DNA from: an uncultured Gammaproteobacteria bacterium | GTDB lineage: Bacteria > Pseudomonadota > Gammaproteobacteria > Steroidobacterales > Steroidobacteraceae | Direction of reading: 5' to 3' | Assembly (NCBI GenBank): GCA_963706535.1 | Contig: CAVPMU010000009.1 | Span: forward strand, 47,921 to 111,920 | DNA: 64,000 bases | Shown: positions 37,662 through 47,536 of the stretch, piece after piece | Numbering within the stretch: the first letter of the stretch is position 1 | Layout: every line of letters begins with the position of its first letter | The notes under the pieces: model-generated | What the model saw: only the letters and a program-made list of their open reading frames with translations | Told to the model about the DNA's origin: nothing | The model's database searches: none | Program-made: the position numbers and the translations under genes

Positions 37662-37778
37662 ATGTTCACGCAGAAAGCCGCTTACCCCGCCGCCATGATC
37701 GTGTCGGTTGCCATCGCGGCCGCGATCGCGTTCACGGCACTGGCCCACGCCTACACCAACATGCAGTTCTTCTGGTAA
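37662..37778 (+). CDS. Small hydrophobic peptide 2 (38 aa) MFTQKAAYPAAMIVSVAIAAAIAFTALAHAYTNMQFFW
   Basis: Perfect AAGGAGG SD. Single TM. C-terminal L-x-H-A-x3-(V/M)-Q-aromatic register shared with peptide 1. Confidence 0.6.
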   Translation: MFTQKAAYPAAMIVSVAIAAAIAFTALAHAYTNMQFFW

Positions 37779-37809
37779 CCCCGCGGTCGGGGAGGGGTCC
37801 CGCGAGGTC

Positions 37810-38931
37810 TCAAGGCGCCGGCGCCGCCACCTCGAGTACCCCGAGCGCGTCCGCGTGCAGGCTCTGCACGTAGAGTCGACCCCCGTGCTCCGTTGCGCCG
37901 CTCGTCTCCGGGATCCGGCCGGCCGGGTCCTGCAGGTCCTCGAGCACGCGTCCTTGCTCATCGAGCGCCAGCAGGTGCCCGTAGACCGGCGGCACGGGCC
38001 ACATCGACTTCGGCAGGCGCAGCGTCATGGCGCGCAGGAACGGCCGGCCCGCCAGCGCGTCGATCGCAGCGCTGCGAGGCTTGGTGAGCCCGGTCCACAA
38101 CTTGCCGTCGGGGCTGCGCGTCAGGTTGTCGGGGAAGCCGGGCAGGTTGGCGAGGATCACGCTCGCCCGGGGATCGTCGCCTGCGGCGGCTGCTCGCGCG
38201 TCGAGGTCCCGCGCCGTCACATCGACTTTCCAGATCCGGTATTCGCCCGTCTCGGCGACGAACACGTGCCGCTGGTCGCCGGACAGGGCCACTCCATTCG
38301 GAAAACAGAGCCCCCCGACCACGGTGTGCGCGCGGCCGGCAACCGGGTCGAACGCGAGCACCCGCCCCGTGCAGGAGTGCTCCATGATGTCGAGCAGCGC
38401 GGCGTCGAACGTGCCGTAGACGCGAGGTGACAATCGGCGTGACGCGTCGGTGAGGAACATCGTGCCGTCCGCGGCGATCACCACCGCGTCGGCGTAGCGG
38501 ATCGGTTCGCCGTCGACCTCGTCGGCGAGCACTGCGAGCCTGCCACTCGCTTCCAGCCGCAGCAGGCCCCTGAGCGCATCCGCGATCACGAGCCGGCCGG
38601 CGGCGTCGAAGGCGAGTCCGAGCGGTCGCCCGCCGGTCTTCACGACGGTCTCGATGTCCGTGCCGTCCGGGTCCATGCGCAGCACCGCGCCCGAGAGCAC
38701 GCCCGTGTAGAGCCTGCCGTCCGGGCCGAACTCGATGTGCTCCGGACCGATCTCCGGCGCCACCGGGATCCGCCGGACGCGCGCCAGGCGCTCGTTGCGC
38801 GCGTGCGCGCCCGTGTAGCCGGGAGGCGCAGGCGCCTGCCAAGCGACCGGTTCGATCGGGATCGGCCAGAAGGACAGGTACGCGACCAGCACGACCAGCA
38901 GCAGGGCCGCAAGCGCCAGGATCCGTCGCAT
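37810..38931 (-). CDS. Strictosidine synthase-like / SMP-30-gluconolactonase-LRE family beta-propeller protein, membrane-anchored
   Basis: N-terminal TM MRRILALAALLLVVLV. GPEHIEFGPDGRLYTG, GRPLGLAFD and CFPNGVALS repeats. Confidence 0.8.
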   Translation of the reverse strand: MRRILALAALLLVVLVAYLSFWPIPIEPVAWQAPAPPGYTGAHARNERLARVRRIPVAPEIGPEHIEFGPDGRLYTGVLSGAVLRMDPDGTDIETVVKTGGRPLGLAFDAAGRLVIADALRGLLRLEASGRLAVLADEVDGEPIRYADAVVIAADGTMFLTDASRRLSPRVYGTFDAALLDIMEHSCTGRVLAFDPVAGRAHTVVGGLCFPNGVALSGDQRHVFVAETGEYRIWKVDVTARDLDARAAAAGDDPRASVILANLPGFPDNLTRSPDGKLWTGLTKPRSAAIDALAGRPFLRAMTLRLPKSMWPVPPVYGHLLALDEQGRVLEDLQDPAGRIPETSGATEHGGRLYVQSLHADALGVLEVAAPAP

Positions 38932-38972
38932 GTCCGATCTCCCCTCCCGGTCCCGGTCCGCGCCGGGCTGGT

Positions 38973-39836
38973 TCACTCGATCGCGAGGATCTTGCGCGCC
39001 TCCGCCGGGCTCGCGATCTCGCGCCCGGCTGCGCGCGCGGTGCGCACGATCGCGTCGATCAGTGGCCCGTTGCCGGTCGCCTTGCTGCCGTCCGGAAGAT
39101 AGAAGGTGTCCTCGAGTCCGGTGCGCAGGTTGCCGCCGAGTTCCGCCGCGCGGCGATGCAGCGGCCAGACATTCTCCCGGCCGATGGCGGTCACCTGCCA
39201 GGTGGCTCGGCGCGCGGACAGACGCATCAGGATCGGCAGCAGTTCCGGGTCCGCGGGCATGCCGGAGTCCACGCCCATCACGAAGTTGTAGTCGAGGTGT
39301 CCGCCGTAGAGTCCCGTGCGCGCGAACATCTCGACACTGCGCACGATGCCGACGTCGAAGCACTCGAACTCCGGCAGCGCACCGGTTTCCGCCATCACCG
39401 CGAGGAATGCCGCGATCTTTTCGACCGGGTTGTCGAACAGCATCGGCGGCCAGGCCCAGCGCCCGTCGCCGCGTACCTTGAGGTAATTGAGCGAACCCGC
39501 ATTGCACGCGGCGATCTCCGGCCGGATGGCGCGCATGCACGCGACCGGTCCCGCAATGTCGGGACCGACCACGCCGGTGGACTGGTTGAAGATCACACCC
39601 GGGCAACTCTCGCGGATGGCTGCGGCGATCTCGCCGGCGACGGCCGGATCCCACGACGGCAAGTGCCCCTTGCCCGGCACCTGCTGCCGGAAATGCACGT
39701 GCATCACGGCGGCGCCCGCGTCGAACGCCGCGCGGGCCTCACGCGCCATCTGCTCGGGCGTCACCGGCACGTGATGCTGCGCCGGATCGGTGAGCACGCC
39801 CGTGAGCGCGCAGGTGACGACGGTCTTCGACATCAT
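38973..39836 (-). CDS. 3-keto-5-aminohexanoate cleavage enzyme family (BKACE / DUF849) protein
   Basis: VVTCALTG...VMHVHFR...FECFDVG motifs typical of the BKACE TIM barrel. Confidence 0.8.
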   Translation of the reverse strand: MMSKTVVTCALTGVLTDPAQHHVPVTPEQMAREARAAFDAGAAVMHVHFRQQVPGKGHLPSWDPAVAGEIAAAIRESCPGVIFNQSTGVVGPDIAGPVACMRAIRPEIAACNAGSLNYLKVRGDGRWAWPPMLFDNPVEKIAAFLAVMAETGALPEFECFDVGIVRSVEMFARTGLYGGHLDYNFVMGVDSGMPADPELLPILMRLSARRATWQVTAIGRENVWPLHRRAAELGGNLRTGLEDTFYLPDGSKATGNGPLIDAIVRTARAAGREIASPAEARKILAIE

Positions 39837-41836
39837 GGGCCTCGCTCGATCCTGGCCAGCACCTGGCCGGGCGCGACCTGCTCGCCAACCCGGACCTCCA
39901 CCGCGCACATTCGCCCCGCGACTGGGGCGCGCAACTCGTGCTCCATCTTCATCGCCTCCAGCGCCAGCAGTCGCTGGCCTGCGACCACCTGGTCCCCCGG
40001 CGCCACCGCGACCTCGACGACACGACCGTTGATGGCAGCACGGATGTCGCCACCGTGCGAATCCGCGTCGGCCGAGGCGTGCCCGGGCTCGCGTCGCCGG
40101 CAACGGAATTCGTGGTCGGCCGCCCGCGTATGCAGCCAGAGCTGGTTGCCTTGCCATGCGTAGCGGTAAGGGATGGTCTCGCCGTCGATCGCCGCCTGCC
40201 CGTCGCTGCACGGATCGACGGGGATACCGCCCACCTGCGCCTGCACCTCGCCGATGGTCAATGCAGCGCCGTCCGGCGAGAGGAGGACGCGTCCGGACCG
40301 CGACAGTCCCGTTTGCGACGACAGCGACTGCGGCGCCTGCCACTCGAGGCGCCAGGGTGTGGGTAGCGGGCGTCCGGTGCTCCAGTTGCGCCATGCGCGG
40401 CTCGTGCCGGCGCCTTCGGGCGCCGCGGCGGTGGAGAGCCATGCCGCCAATGCCCACGTCCTGTCGTCCGGTACGCAGACTCGCTCGTCGAGGCCAGGGT
40501 AGTGACGCTCGACGAACGCCGTCGACACCGCCGCGCCGTCGGCGAACACCGGGTGGCGCAACATGCGGGCGAGGAAGCTGCGGTTCGACGCAACGCCGAG
40601 CAGCACCGTGCGATCGAGCGCGCGGGCCAGGCGGTCGAGCGCCTCCGCGCGTGTCGCGCCGTGGGCGACCACCTTCGCCAGCATCGAGTCGTAATGCGGG
40701 CTCACGGTCATGCCGGCTTCGATCGCGTGGTCGCAACGCGTGAGTTCGTCGGGCCGCCAGTCCAGTACGGTGCCGACCCGGGGCAGGAAGTCGTCGGCCG
40801 GCTCCTCCGCGCAGAGGCGCACCTCGACTGCGTGACCCGCGATCCGCACGTCGGCCTGCGCGAGCGGCAGTGGCTCGCCGCGTGCCACCCGCAACTGCAG
40901 TTCCACGAGGTCGAGGCCGGTGACGAGCTCGGTGACCGGATGCTCGACCTGCAGCCGCGTGTTCATTTCCATGAAGTAGAAGTGGCCGGCCGGGTCGAGC
41001 AGGAACTCGACCGTGCCCGCACCGACGTAGCCGATCTCGCGTGCGACCGCCACGGCTGCCTGTCCCATGCGCTCGCGCAGCACCGGGTCGACGGCGGGCG
41101 AGGGCGATTCCTCGACGAGCTTCTGGTGGCGGCGCTGCACCGTGCAGTCGCGCTCGCCGAGGTGGATGACGTGGCCGGTCGCGTCCGCCAGTACCTGGAT
41201 CTCGACGTGACGCGGGTCGACGAGGGCACGCTCCAGGATCAGGCGACCGTCGCCGAAGGCCTTCGCCGATTCGGAGGCGGCGGCGCGGATCGCGTCCGGC
41301 AGGGCGTCGGGCCGTTCGACGCGCCGCATGCCGCGACCGCCCCCGCCCGCCGCGGCTTTCACCATCACGGGGAAGCCGATGCGCGCGGCCTCCGCGACGA
41401 GATGCGACACGCCCTGGTCGTCGCCGTCGTAGCCGGGCACGACCGCAATGCCGGCGGCCGCCATCCTGCGGCGTGCCCGCGCCTTGTCGCCCATGGCGGA
41501 GATCGCCGCCGCGGGCGGACCCACGAAGATCAGGCCCGCCGCCTCGACGGCAGCCGCGAACGCCGCGTTCTCCGCCAGGAACCCGTAGCCCGGGTGGATG
41601 GCATGTGCCTGCGCGGCCAGGGCCGCGGCGATGATCCGCTCGCCGGCTAGGTAGGACTCGACCGGCCGCGCGCCGCCGAGCGGAACGTACTCGTCGCAGG
41701 CCGCGACGTGCGGATGGTCGCGGTCCACGTCGGAGCAGACCGCGATCGACGCAATGCCCATGCGGCGCGCGCTGCGCGCGATGCGCAGCGCGATCTCGCC
41801 GCGATTCGCGATCAACAGGCGCGTGAGCGTCTTCAC
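39833..41836 (-). CDS. Acyl-CoA carboxylase alpha subunit (biotin carboxylase + BCCP; AtuF/MccA-like)
   Basis: LLIANRGEIA...MVKAAAGGGGRGM...EMNTRLQVEHPVTE. C-terminal EAMKMEH biotinylation motif. GTGA overlap with the upstream gene. Confidence 0.9.
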   Translation of the reverse strand: MKTLTRLLIANRGEIALRIARSARRMGIASIAVCSDVDRDHPHVAACDEYVPLGGARPVESYLAGERIIAAALAAQAHAIHPGYGFLAENAAFAAAVEAAGLIFVGPPAAAISAMGDKARARRRMAAAGIAVVPGYDGDDQGVSHLVAEAARIGFPVMVKAAAGGGGRGMRRVERPDALPDAIRAAASESAKAFGDGRLILERALVDPRHVEIQVLADATGHVIHLGERDCTVQRRHQKLVEESPSPAVDPVLRERMGQAAVAVAREIGYVGAGTVEFLLDPAGHFYFMEMNTRLQVEHPVTELVTGLDLVELQLRVARGEPLPLAQADVRIAGHAVEVRLCAEEPADDFLPRVGTVLDWRPDELTRCDHAIEAGMTVSPHYDSMLAKVVAHGATRAEALDRLARALDRTVLLGVASNRSFLARMLRHPVFADGAAVSTAFVERHYPGLDERVCVPDDRTWALAAWLSTAAAPEGAGTSRAWRNWSTGRPLPTPWRLEWQAPQSLSSQTGLSRSGRVLLSPDGAALTIGEVQAQVGGIPVDPCSDGQAAIDGETIPYRYAWQGNQLWLHTRAADHEFRCRRREPGHASADADSHGGDIRAAINGRVVEVAVAPGDQVVAGQRLLALEAMKMEHELRAPVAGRMCAVEVRVGEQVAPGQVLARIERGP

Positions 41837-42651
41837 GTGAAGTCCGGTAGCGGCGGCACTGCGACCTGCCAGGCGGGCGCGCGCTTCTCGCGGGTCGCCG
41901 CGATGCCCTCGCGCACCGCACCGTGCCGCAGCAGGCCGGCGAACTCGAGTGCGGCGGCATCGAGCGCCTGCGGCAGCGGCTCGTCGAGCGCGTTGTGCAC
42001 GATGCGCTTGGTGGCGCGCAGCGCGGCCGGCTCGGCGACGGCGAGCTGGCACAGTTCCTCCCCGACGGCCGCGCCGAGTCCGGCGCGGGGCACCACGCGA
42101 TCGGCGAGGCCGACCCCGGCAGCCACGGCCGCCGCAAGCCGCGCGGCGCTCAGCATGCACCAGCGACCACGCGTCGCGCCGATCCGGCGCACGATGAACG
42201 GCCCGATCTGCGCGGGAGCAACGCCGAGTGTGACCTCGGGCGTGCCGAACACCGCATCTTCCGTTGCGATCACCCGGTCGCAGGCCGCCGCAAGGCCACA
42301 GCCGCCGCCGAGCGCCACGCCGGTGACCACGGCGATCGTCGGCACGGGCAGGGCTGCGAGCGACTCGAGCAACGCGCCGAAGCGCCGGTTCTGCGTCACC
42401 ACGGGATCCTCCGCGTGGCCGGGCTCCTGCTGCATCAGTTGCAGGAAGCGCGCGAAATCCGCGCCGGCGCAGAAGTTGCCGCCTGCGCCGTACAGCACCA
42501 GGGCACGTGACTCGAGGTCGGCGACGACGCGCTCGCACGCTTCGCCGAGCGCCTCGACCAGTTCATCCGAGAGCGCGTTGCGCTTGTCGGGCCGATCGAG
42601 GCGCGCGAACCAGAAGCCGGCGCGCCGCTCGACCTGCAGCAGTTCGCTCAT
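41833..42651 (-). CDS. Enoyl-CoA hydratase/isomerase family protein (AtuE / methylglutaconyl-CoA hydratase-like)
   Basis: Crotonase fold motifs LDRPDKRNAL and GNFCAGADF. Confidence 0.85.
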   Translation of the reverse strand: MSELLQVERRAGFWFARLDRPDKRNALSDELVEALGEACERVVADLESRALVLYGAGGNFCAGADFARFLQLMQQEPGHAEDPVVTQNRRFGALLESLAALPVPTIAVVTGVALGGGCGLAAACDRVIATEDAVFGTPEVTLGVAPAQIGPFIVRRIGATRGRWCMLSAARLAAAVAAGVGLADRVVPRAGLGAAVGEELCQLAVAEPAALRATKRIVHNALDEPLPQALDAAALEFAGLLRHGAVREGIAATREKRAPAWQVAVPPLPDFT

Positions 42652-42660
42652 GTGCGTTCC

Positions 42661-43813
42661 TCAGGCCTTGGGCAGCGTGCCCATGGTCTTGCACAGGATC
42701 GACAGCATGACTTCGTCGGCGCCGCCGCCGATCGAGGCCAGCCGGCCGTCGCGGTAGAGCCGCGAGACCGGGTTCTCCCAGGTGTAGCCCATGCCGCCCC
42801 AGTACTGCAGGCACTTGTCGGCGACCTCGCGCGTCAGGCGGCCCGCCTTGAGCTTGGCCATGGAGGCGAGTGGCGTGACGTCCTGGCCTGCGACATAGAG
42901 CTCGGTGGCGCGGTAGACGAGCGCGCGCAGCGCCTCGATCTCGGTCTGCAGCTCGGCGAGCGTGAAGTGCACGACCTGGTTGTCGAGCACCGGGCGACCA
43001 AAGATCTTCCGGCCGCGCGTGTACTCGATCGTGTCGCGCACGGCGTTCTCCATGCCGACCAGCGAGTTCGCGGCGCCCCACAGTCGCTCTTCCTGGAACT
43101 GCAGCATCTGGTAGGTGAAGCCCGCGCCCTCCTGGCCGATGAGGTGCCGCTGCGGCACGCGCACTTCGTCGAAGAAGATCTGCGCGGTGTCCGAGGAGTT
43201 CATGCCGATCTTGCGCAGCTTCTTCTCGACCTTCACGCCCCTGGTCTTCATGGGCACGACGATCAGCGACTTGTTGCGATGCGGACTGCCCTCGGAAGTG
43301 TTGGCGAGGCAGCACATCCAGTCGGCCTGCACGCCGTTGGTGATCCAGAGCTTGCCGCCGTTCAGCACGTAGTCGCCGCCGTCCTTGCGCGCCGTGGTGC
43401 GGATGCCCGGCGACGTCCGAACCGGCGCCCGGCTCGGAGATGCCGACGCAGGCGACCTGCTCGCCCGCGATCGCGGGAGCGAGGAACTCCGCGCGCAGCT
43501 CGTCGGAGCCGAAGCGGGCGAGCGCGGGCGTGGCCATGTCGGTCTGCACGCCGATGGCCATCGGCACGCCCCCGCAGCGCGTGTTGCCGAGCGCCTCGGC
43601 CATCACCACCGAGTAGCTGTAGTCGAGGGCCGCGCCGCCATAGCGTTCAGGCCTGGTGAGCCCGAGCAGGCCGAGCTCGCCGAGCCTGCGGAACACTTCG
43701 TGCGCCGGGAAGATCCCGGCTTCCTCCCATTCGTCCACGTGCGGGTTCAGTTCCTGCTCGACGAAGCGCTCGACGGTGCGGCGCAGTTCCTCGTGTTCCT
43801 GGGTCAGCTGCAT
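42661..43813 (-). pseudogene. Acyl-CoA dehydrogenase (AtuD-like), frameshifted (extra base in C-run 43406-43408)
   Basis: N-terminal frame reads MQLTQEHEELRRTVERFVEQ...GISEPGAGSDVAG then nonsense. The other frame continues ([13 protein letters not shown])[11 protein letters not shown]... to the C-terminus. Span 1153 = 3n+1. Confidence 0.8.
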
Positions 43814-43827
43814 GCGGGTCTCCGGTA

Positions 43828-45444
43828 CTAAGGGCGCGCGACGCCGAAGCTGAGCGGGTGCGTCGCGACCCGCCCGGCGCGGCGGAACAGCGCGAGCACG
43901 TAGGCGAGCACGCGGCGCGTGTCGCGGGGATCGATGATGCCGTCGTCGAGCATGCGGCCCGACGTGTAGAAGGCGGAAGTCTGGGGCTCGAAGGTCTCGA
44001 CGATCTTCGCGCGCAGGGCCTCGATCTGCGCACGGTCGGGCTCCTGGCCACGGGCACGCGCGGAATCCTCCATCACGATGGCCATGGTGGTGGCGGCCTG
44101 CTCGGCGCCCATCACGGCGGTGCGCGCGTTCGGCCAGGAGAACAGGAAGCGGGGTGCGAAGCCGCGGCCGCACATGCCGTAGTTGCCGGCGCCGAAGGAG
44201 GCGCCGCACTGCACCGTCACCTGCGGCACGGTGGCGTTGGCGACCGCCTGGATCATCTTCGAACCGTGCTTGATCATGCCGGCACGCTCGGATTCCTTGC
44301 CCACGATGTAGCCCGTGGTGTTCTGCAGGTACACGAGAGGGAGGTCGCTCTGGCAGCAGGACTGGATGAAGTGCGTCGCCTTGGCGGAGCCCGCCGGGTC
44401 GAGCGGGCCGTTGTTGGTGAGGATGCCGACCGGTATGCCGTGCACCGCGGCGTGGGCGCACACCGTGCCCGGACCGTGGCCGGCCTTGAACTCGAGCAGT
44501 TCCGAGCCGTCGACGAGGCGCGCGATTACCTCGCGCATGTCCACGGGCTTGCGCCCGTCGCGCGGCATGATGCCGAGCAGTTCCTCCACGTCGTACAGCG
44601 GCGCGGGCCCTTGCGGCAGCGCGGCCTCGAAGCGCTGCCAGCCGAGTCGACCGACGAGTTCGCGCAGGATGCGGATGCCGTCGGCATCGTCGTCGGCGAC
44701 GTACTCGGCGAGACCCGAAGCCGTCGCGTGCATCTCGGCGCCGCCGAGCTCCTCCTCGGTGGCGATCTCGCCGGTGGCGGCGCGCAGCAGCGGCGGGCCG
44801 GCGAGGAAGGCGCGCGCGCGGTTGCGCACCATCACGACGTAGTCGGACAGGCCCGGCATGTAGGCACCGCCCGCGGTGGAGCTGCCGTGTACCAGCGTCA
44901 GCACCGGGATACCGGCCGCCGAGAGCCTCGCGAGCCGGCAGTAATGCGACCCGCCGTTGATGAAGTCCTCGACGCGGTAACGCAGCAGGTTGGCGCCGGC
45001 GGACTCCACCAGGTGCACGAAAGGCAGGCGGTTCTCGAGCGCCACCTGCTGCGCGCGCTGGAACTTCTCCAGGCCCATCGGTTGCAGCGCGCCCGCCTCG
45101 ATGCCGGAGTCGTCCACCACCACCATGCAGAGCGCACCGGCGATGCTGCCGACCCCCGCGATGCAGCCACCGCCCGGGACGGACTTCGCAGGATCGGCAA
45201 CGTCGAGCAGGTAACCTGCCAGCGCGGAGAGCTGCAGGAACGGCGCACCCGCATCGAGCAGCAGCGCGAGCCGCTCGCGCGGCAGCAGTTGCCCGCGCTT
45301 CACGAACCGCGGGCCCGACCTCGCGGAAGCCGCCTCGGTGCGGGCCTGCAGCGCGTCCAGTTCCCCGAGCAGCGCGAGCATGTGGGCGCGGTTCCCGGCG
45401 CAGGCCTCGTCGTTGGTCACGACCGTCGATGCGAAGACGGGCAC
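43828..45444 (-). CDS. Acyl-CoA carboxylase carboxyltransferase (beta) subunit (AtuC/MccB-like)
   Basis: 538 aa. Carboxyltransferase N and C domains (GGCIAGVGSI...VDDSGIE..., GSSTAGGAYMP, NTTGYIVGKESERAGMIKHGSKM). Confidence 0.9.
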   Translation of the reverse strand: MPVFASTVVTNDEACAGNRAHMLALLGELDALQARTEAASARSGPRFVKRGQLLPRERLALLLDAGAPFLQLSALAGYLLDVADPAKSVPGGGCIAGVGSIAGALCMVVVDDSGIEAGALQPMGLEKFQRAQQVALENRLPFVHLVESAGANLLRYRVEDFINGGSHYCRLARLSAAGIPVLTLVHGSSTAGGAYMPGLSDYVVMVRNRARAFLAGPPLLRAATGEIATEEELGGAEMHATASGLAEYVADDDADGIRILRELVGRLGWQRFEAALPQGPAPLYDVEELLGIMPRDGRKPVDMREVIARLVDGSELLEFKAGHGPGTVCAHAAVHGIPVGILTNNGPLDPAGSAKATHFIQSCCQSDLPLVYLQNTTGYIVGKESERAGMIKHGSKMIQAVANATVPQVTVQCGASFGAGNYGMCGRGFAPRFLFSWPNARTAVMGAEQAATTMAIVMEDSARARGQEPDRAQIEALRAKIVETFEPQTSAFYTSGRMLDDGIIDPRDTRRVLAYVLALFRRAGRVATHPLSFGVARP

Positions 45445-45446
45445 GA

Positions 45447-46304
45447 TCAGTCCTCGAAGATGCGCGGCCTGCGGGCGCGGTGGAAGCCGTCGAAGGCCGC
45501 CGACGGCGCGCCCTCGCGCAGCGGCCAGTGGCGGCGCGCATTGGGCGCGGCGCCGTCGATGCGCAGGCAGGCGCCCGAGACGAACGCGGCAGCCTCCGAG
45601 AGCAGGTAGACGATGGCGCCCGAGGCCTCGGCCTCCGTGCCCATGCGTCCGGCGGGCACGTGGCGTGGCAGGCCGCGGATCAACGGCTTCATCGCGTCGG
45701 GGTAGGTGTCCATGCCGCTCGACGCGATCCACCCCGGGGCCACGGCATTCACGCGGACGGGCGCCCATTCGGCGGCCGCCGTCTCGGTGAAATTGAGCAT
45801 GCCTGCGCGCGCCGCGCCGCTGTGCCCCATGCCCGGCATGCCGTTCCACATGTCCGCGAGCATGTTCACGATGGCGCCGCCGCGGCCCTTCATGGACTGC
45901 ACGTAGCACTCGCGCGCGACCAGGAAGCCGCCCGTCAGGTTGGTGGCGAGCACGGCCTGCCAGCCCTTCGCGGTGATTGCCTCGAGCGGCGCCGGAAACT
46001 GGCCGCCGGCGTTGTTCACCAGCCCGTCGATGCGGCCGTGCGACGCGACCACCCGGGCGACGGCGGCGCGGACCGCGTCCTCGTCGCGGATGTCGCAGGC
46101 GAGGGGCTCGCAGGCGCCGCCGTCCTCGCGGATCTCGCCCTGCACGGTGGCGAGCTTTTCGACGCTGCGGCCCACCAGCACCACGTGGGCGCCGAGGGCC
46201 GCGAGCTCGTGGGCCGTGCAGCGGCCGATGCCGCTGCCCGCCCCGGTGACGACGACGACCTGTCCGGCGAAGAGGCCGGGACGGAACACGCTGCGGTATG
46301 TCAT
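45447..46304 (-). CDS. SDR family oxidoreductase (AtuB / trans-2-enoyl-CoA reductase-like)
   Basis: VVVVTGAGSGIG Rossmann motif and NNAG motif. Confidence 0.85.
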   Translation of the reverse strand: MTYRSVFRPGLFAGQVVVVTGAGSGIGRCTAHELAALGAHVVLVGRSVEKLATVQGEIREDGGACEPLACDIRDEDAVRAAVARVVASHGRIDGLVNNAGGQFPAPLEAITAKGWQAVLATNLTGGFLVARECYVQSMKGRGGAIVNMLADMWNGMPGMGHSGAARAGMLNFTETAAAEWAPVRVNAVAPGWIASSGMDTYPDAMKPLIRGLPRHVPAGRMGTEAEASGAIVYLLSEAAAFVSGACLRIDGAAPNARRHWPLREGAPSAAFDGFHRARRPRIFED

Positions 46305-46363
46305 GCGCGCATCCTAGATCAAGCGCTTGCTTGAATAAAGGGGCTGGCCTAGCATGCCGCCCC

Positions 46364-47536
46364 ATGGAGGAACTGCGTCTCAATCCCGCCTGGTATCGGT
46401 CCGAGCACCGCGATTTCCGCGCGACGGTCCGGCGCTTCGTGGCGCGCGAGATCGCTCCTCACGTCGCGGACTGGGACGAGGCGGGCAGCTTCCCGCGCGA
46501 GCTGTACCGGCGCGCGGCGGAGGTCGGGCTGCTCGGCCTGGGCTTCCCGGAGGAGTACGGCGGTATCGGCGGGACGGATGCCTTCCACCGCCTGGTGGCG
46601 AGCATAGAGCTCGCGCAGGCCGGGTCGGGCGGCCTCGTCGCGTCACTGATGTCGCACGGCATCGGCATGCCCCCGGTCGCGGCGCTCGGCAGCCGCGAGA
46701 TAAAGGCGCGCGTGCTGCCGGCCGTGCTCGCGGGCGAGCGCATCGCGGCGCTCGCCATCACCGAGCCGTCGGGCGGGTCGGACGTCGCCGCCCTGCGCAC
46801 GCGCGCCGAGCGCGACGGCGACGACTTCGTCGTGAACGGAGAGAAGACGTTCATCACCTCGGGGATGCGTGCGGACTATTTCACCGTCGCAGTGCGCACG
46901 GACCCGCGAGGCGAGGGTGCGCGCGGAATCTCGCTGCTGCTGATCGAGGGCGACCGACCGGGCATCGTGCGCTCGCCGCTGCGCAAGATGGGCTGGTGGG
47001 CGTCCGACACGGCCCACCTGCGCTTCGAGGACTGCCGTGTGCCGGCCGGCAACCTCGTCGGGCCGGAGGGCGCCGGCTTCCGCGCCGTGATGCAGAACTT
47101 CAACGGCGAGCGGTTCGCGATGGCGGCCGGCGCGGTCGGCTTTGCCTGGGTGTGCTACCAGGAGGCGCTCGGCTGGGCCCGTGAACGCAAGACCTTCGGC
47201 CAACGACTCGCGGACCACCAGGTGGTCCGGCACCGGCTCATCGACATGCTCGCGCAGATCGAGGCGGCGCGCGCCATGCTCGAGGACACCGCCTGGCGGC
47301 TCGACCAGGACCCGCCGGGTGACGCGGCGCTGGTGGCGTCGATCTGCATGCTGAAGAACGTCGCGACCCGCGCGATGCAGTTCTGCGCGGACGCCGCCGT
47401 GCAGACGCTCGGCGGCATGGGCTACATGCGCGGCACCGCCTCGGAGCGCATCTACCGCGAGGTCAAGGTGAACATGATCGGCGGCGGCGCGGAGGAGATC
47501 ATGAAGGACCTGGCTGCGCGCCAGCTCGGCCTGTGA
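46364..47536 (+). CDS. Acyl-CoA dehydrogenase
   Basis: 390 aa. AITEPSGGSDVAAL, FITSG and QTLGGMGYM motifs. Confidence 0.9.
   Translation: MEELRLNPAWYRSEHRDFRATVRRFVAREIAPHVADWDEAGSFPRELYRRAAEVGLLGLGFPEEYGGIGGTDAFHRLVASIELAQAGSGGLVASLMSHGIGMPPVAALGSREIKARVLPAVLAGERIAALAITEPSGGSDVAALRTRAERDGDDFVVNGEKTFITSGMRADYFTVAVRTDPRGEGARGISLLLIEGDRPGIVRSPLRKMGWWASDTAHLRFEDCRVPAGNLVGPEGAGFRAVMQNFNGERFAMAAGAVGFAWVCYQEALGWARERKTFGQRLADHQVVRHRLIDMLAQIEAARAMLEDTAWRLDQDPPGDAALVASICMLKNVATRAMQFCADAAVQTLGGMGYMRGTASERIYREVKVNMIGGGAEEIMKDLAARQLGL

Noticed and set aside
38973-42137. Apparent 1054-aa ORF, and the 901-aa ORF 39833..42538.
   Set aside because: Only the C-terminal parts (BKACE from M at 39836; biotin carboxylase from GTG 41836) look like real protein. 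The N-terminal extensions are Arg/Pro-rich read-through over neighbouring genes in other frames.
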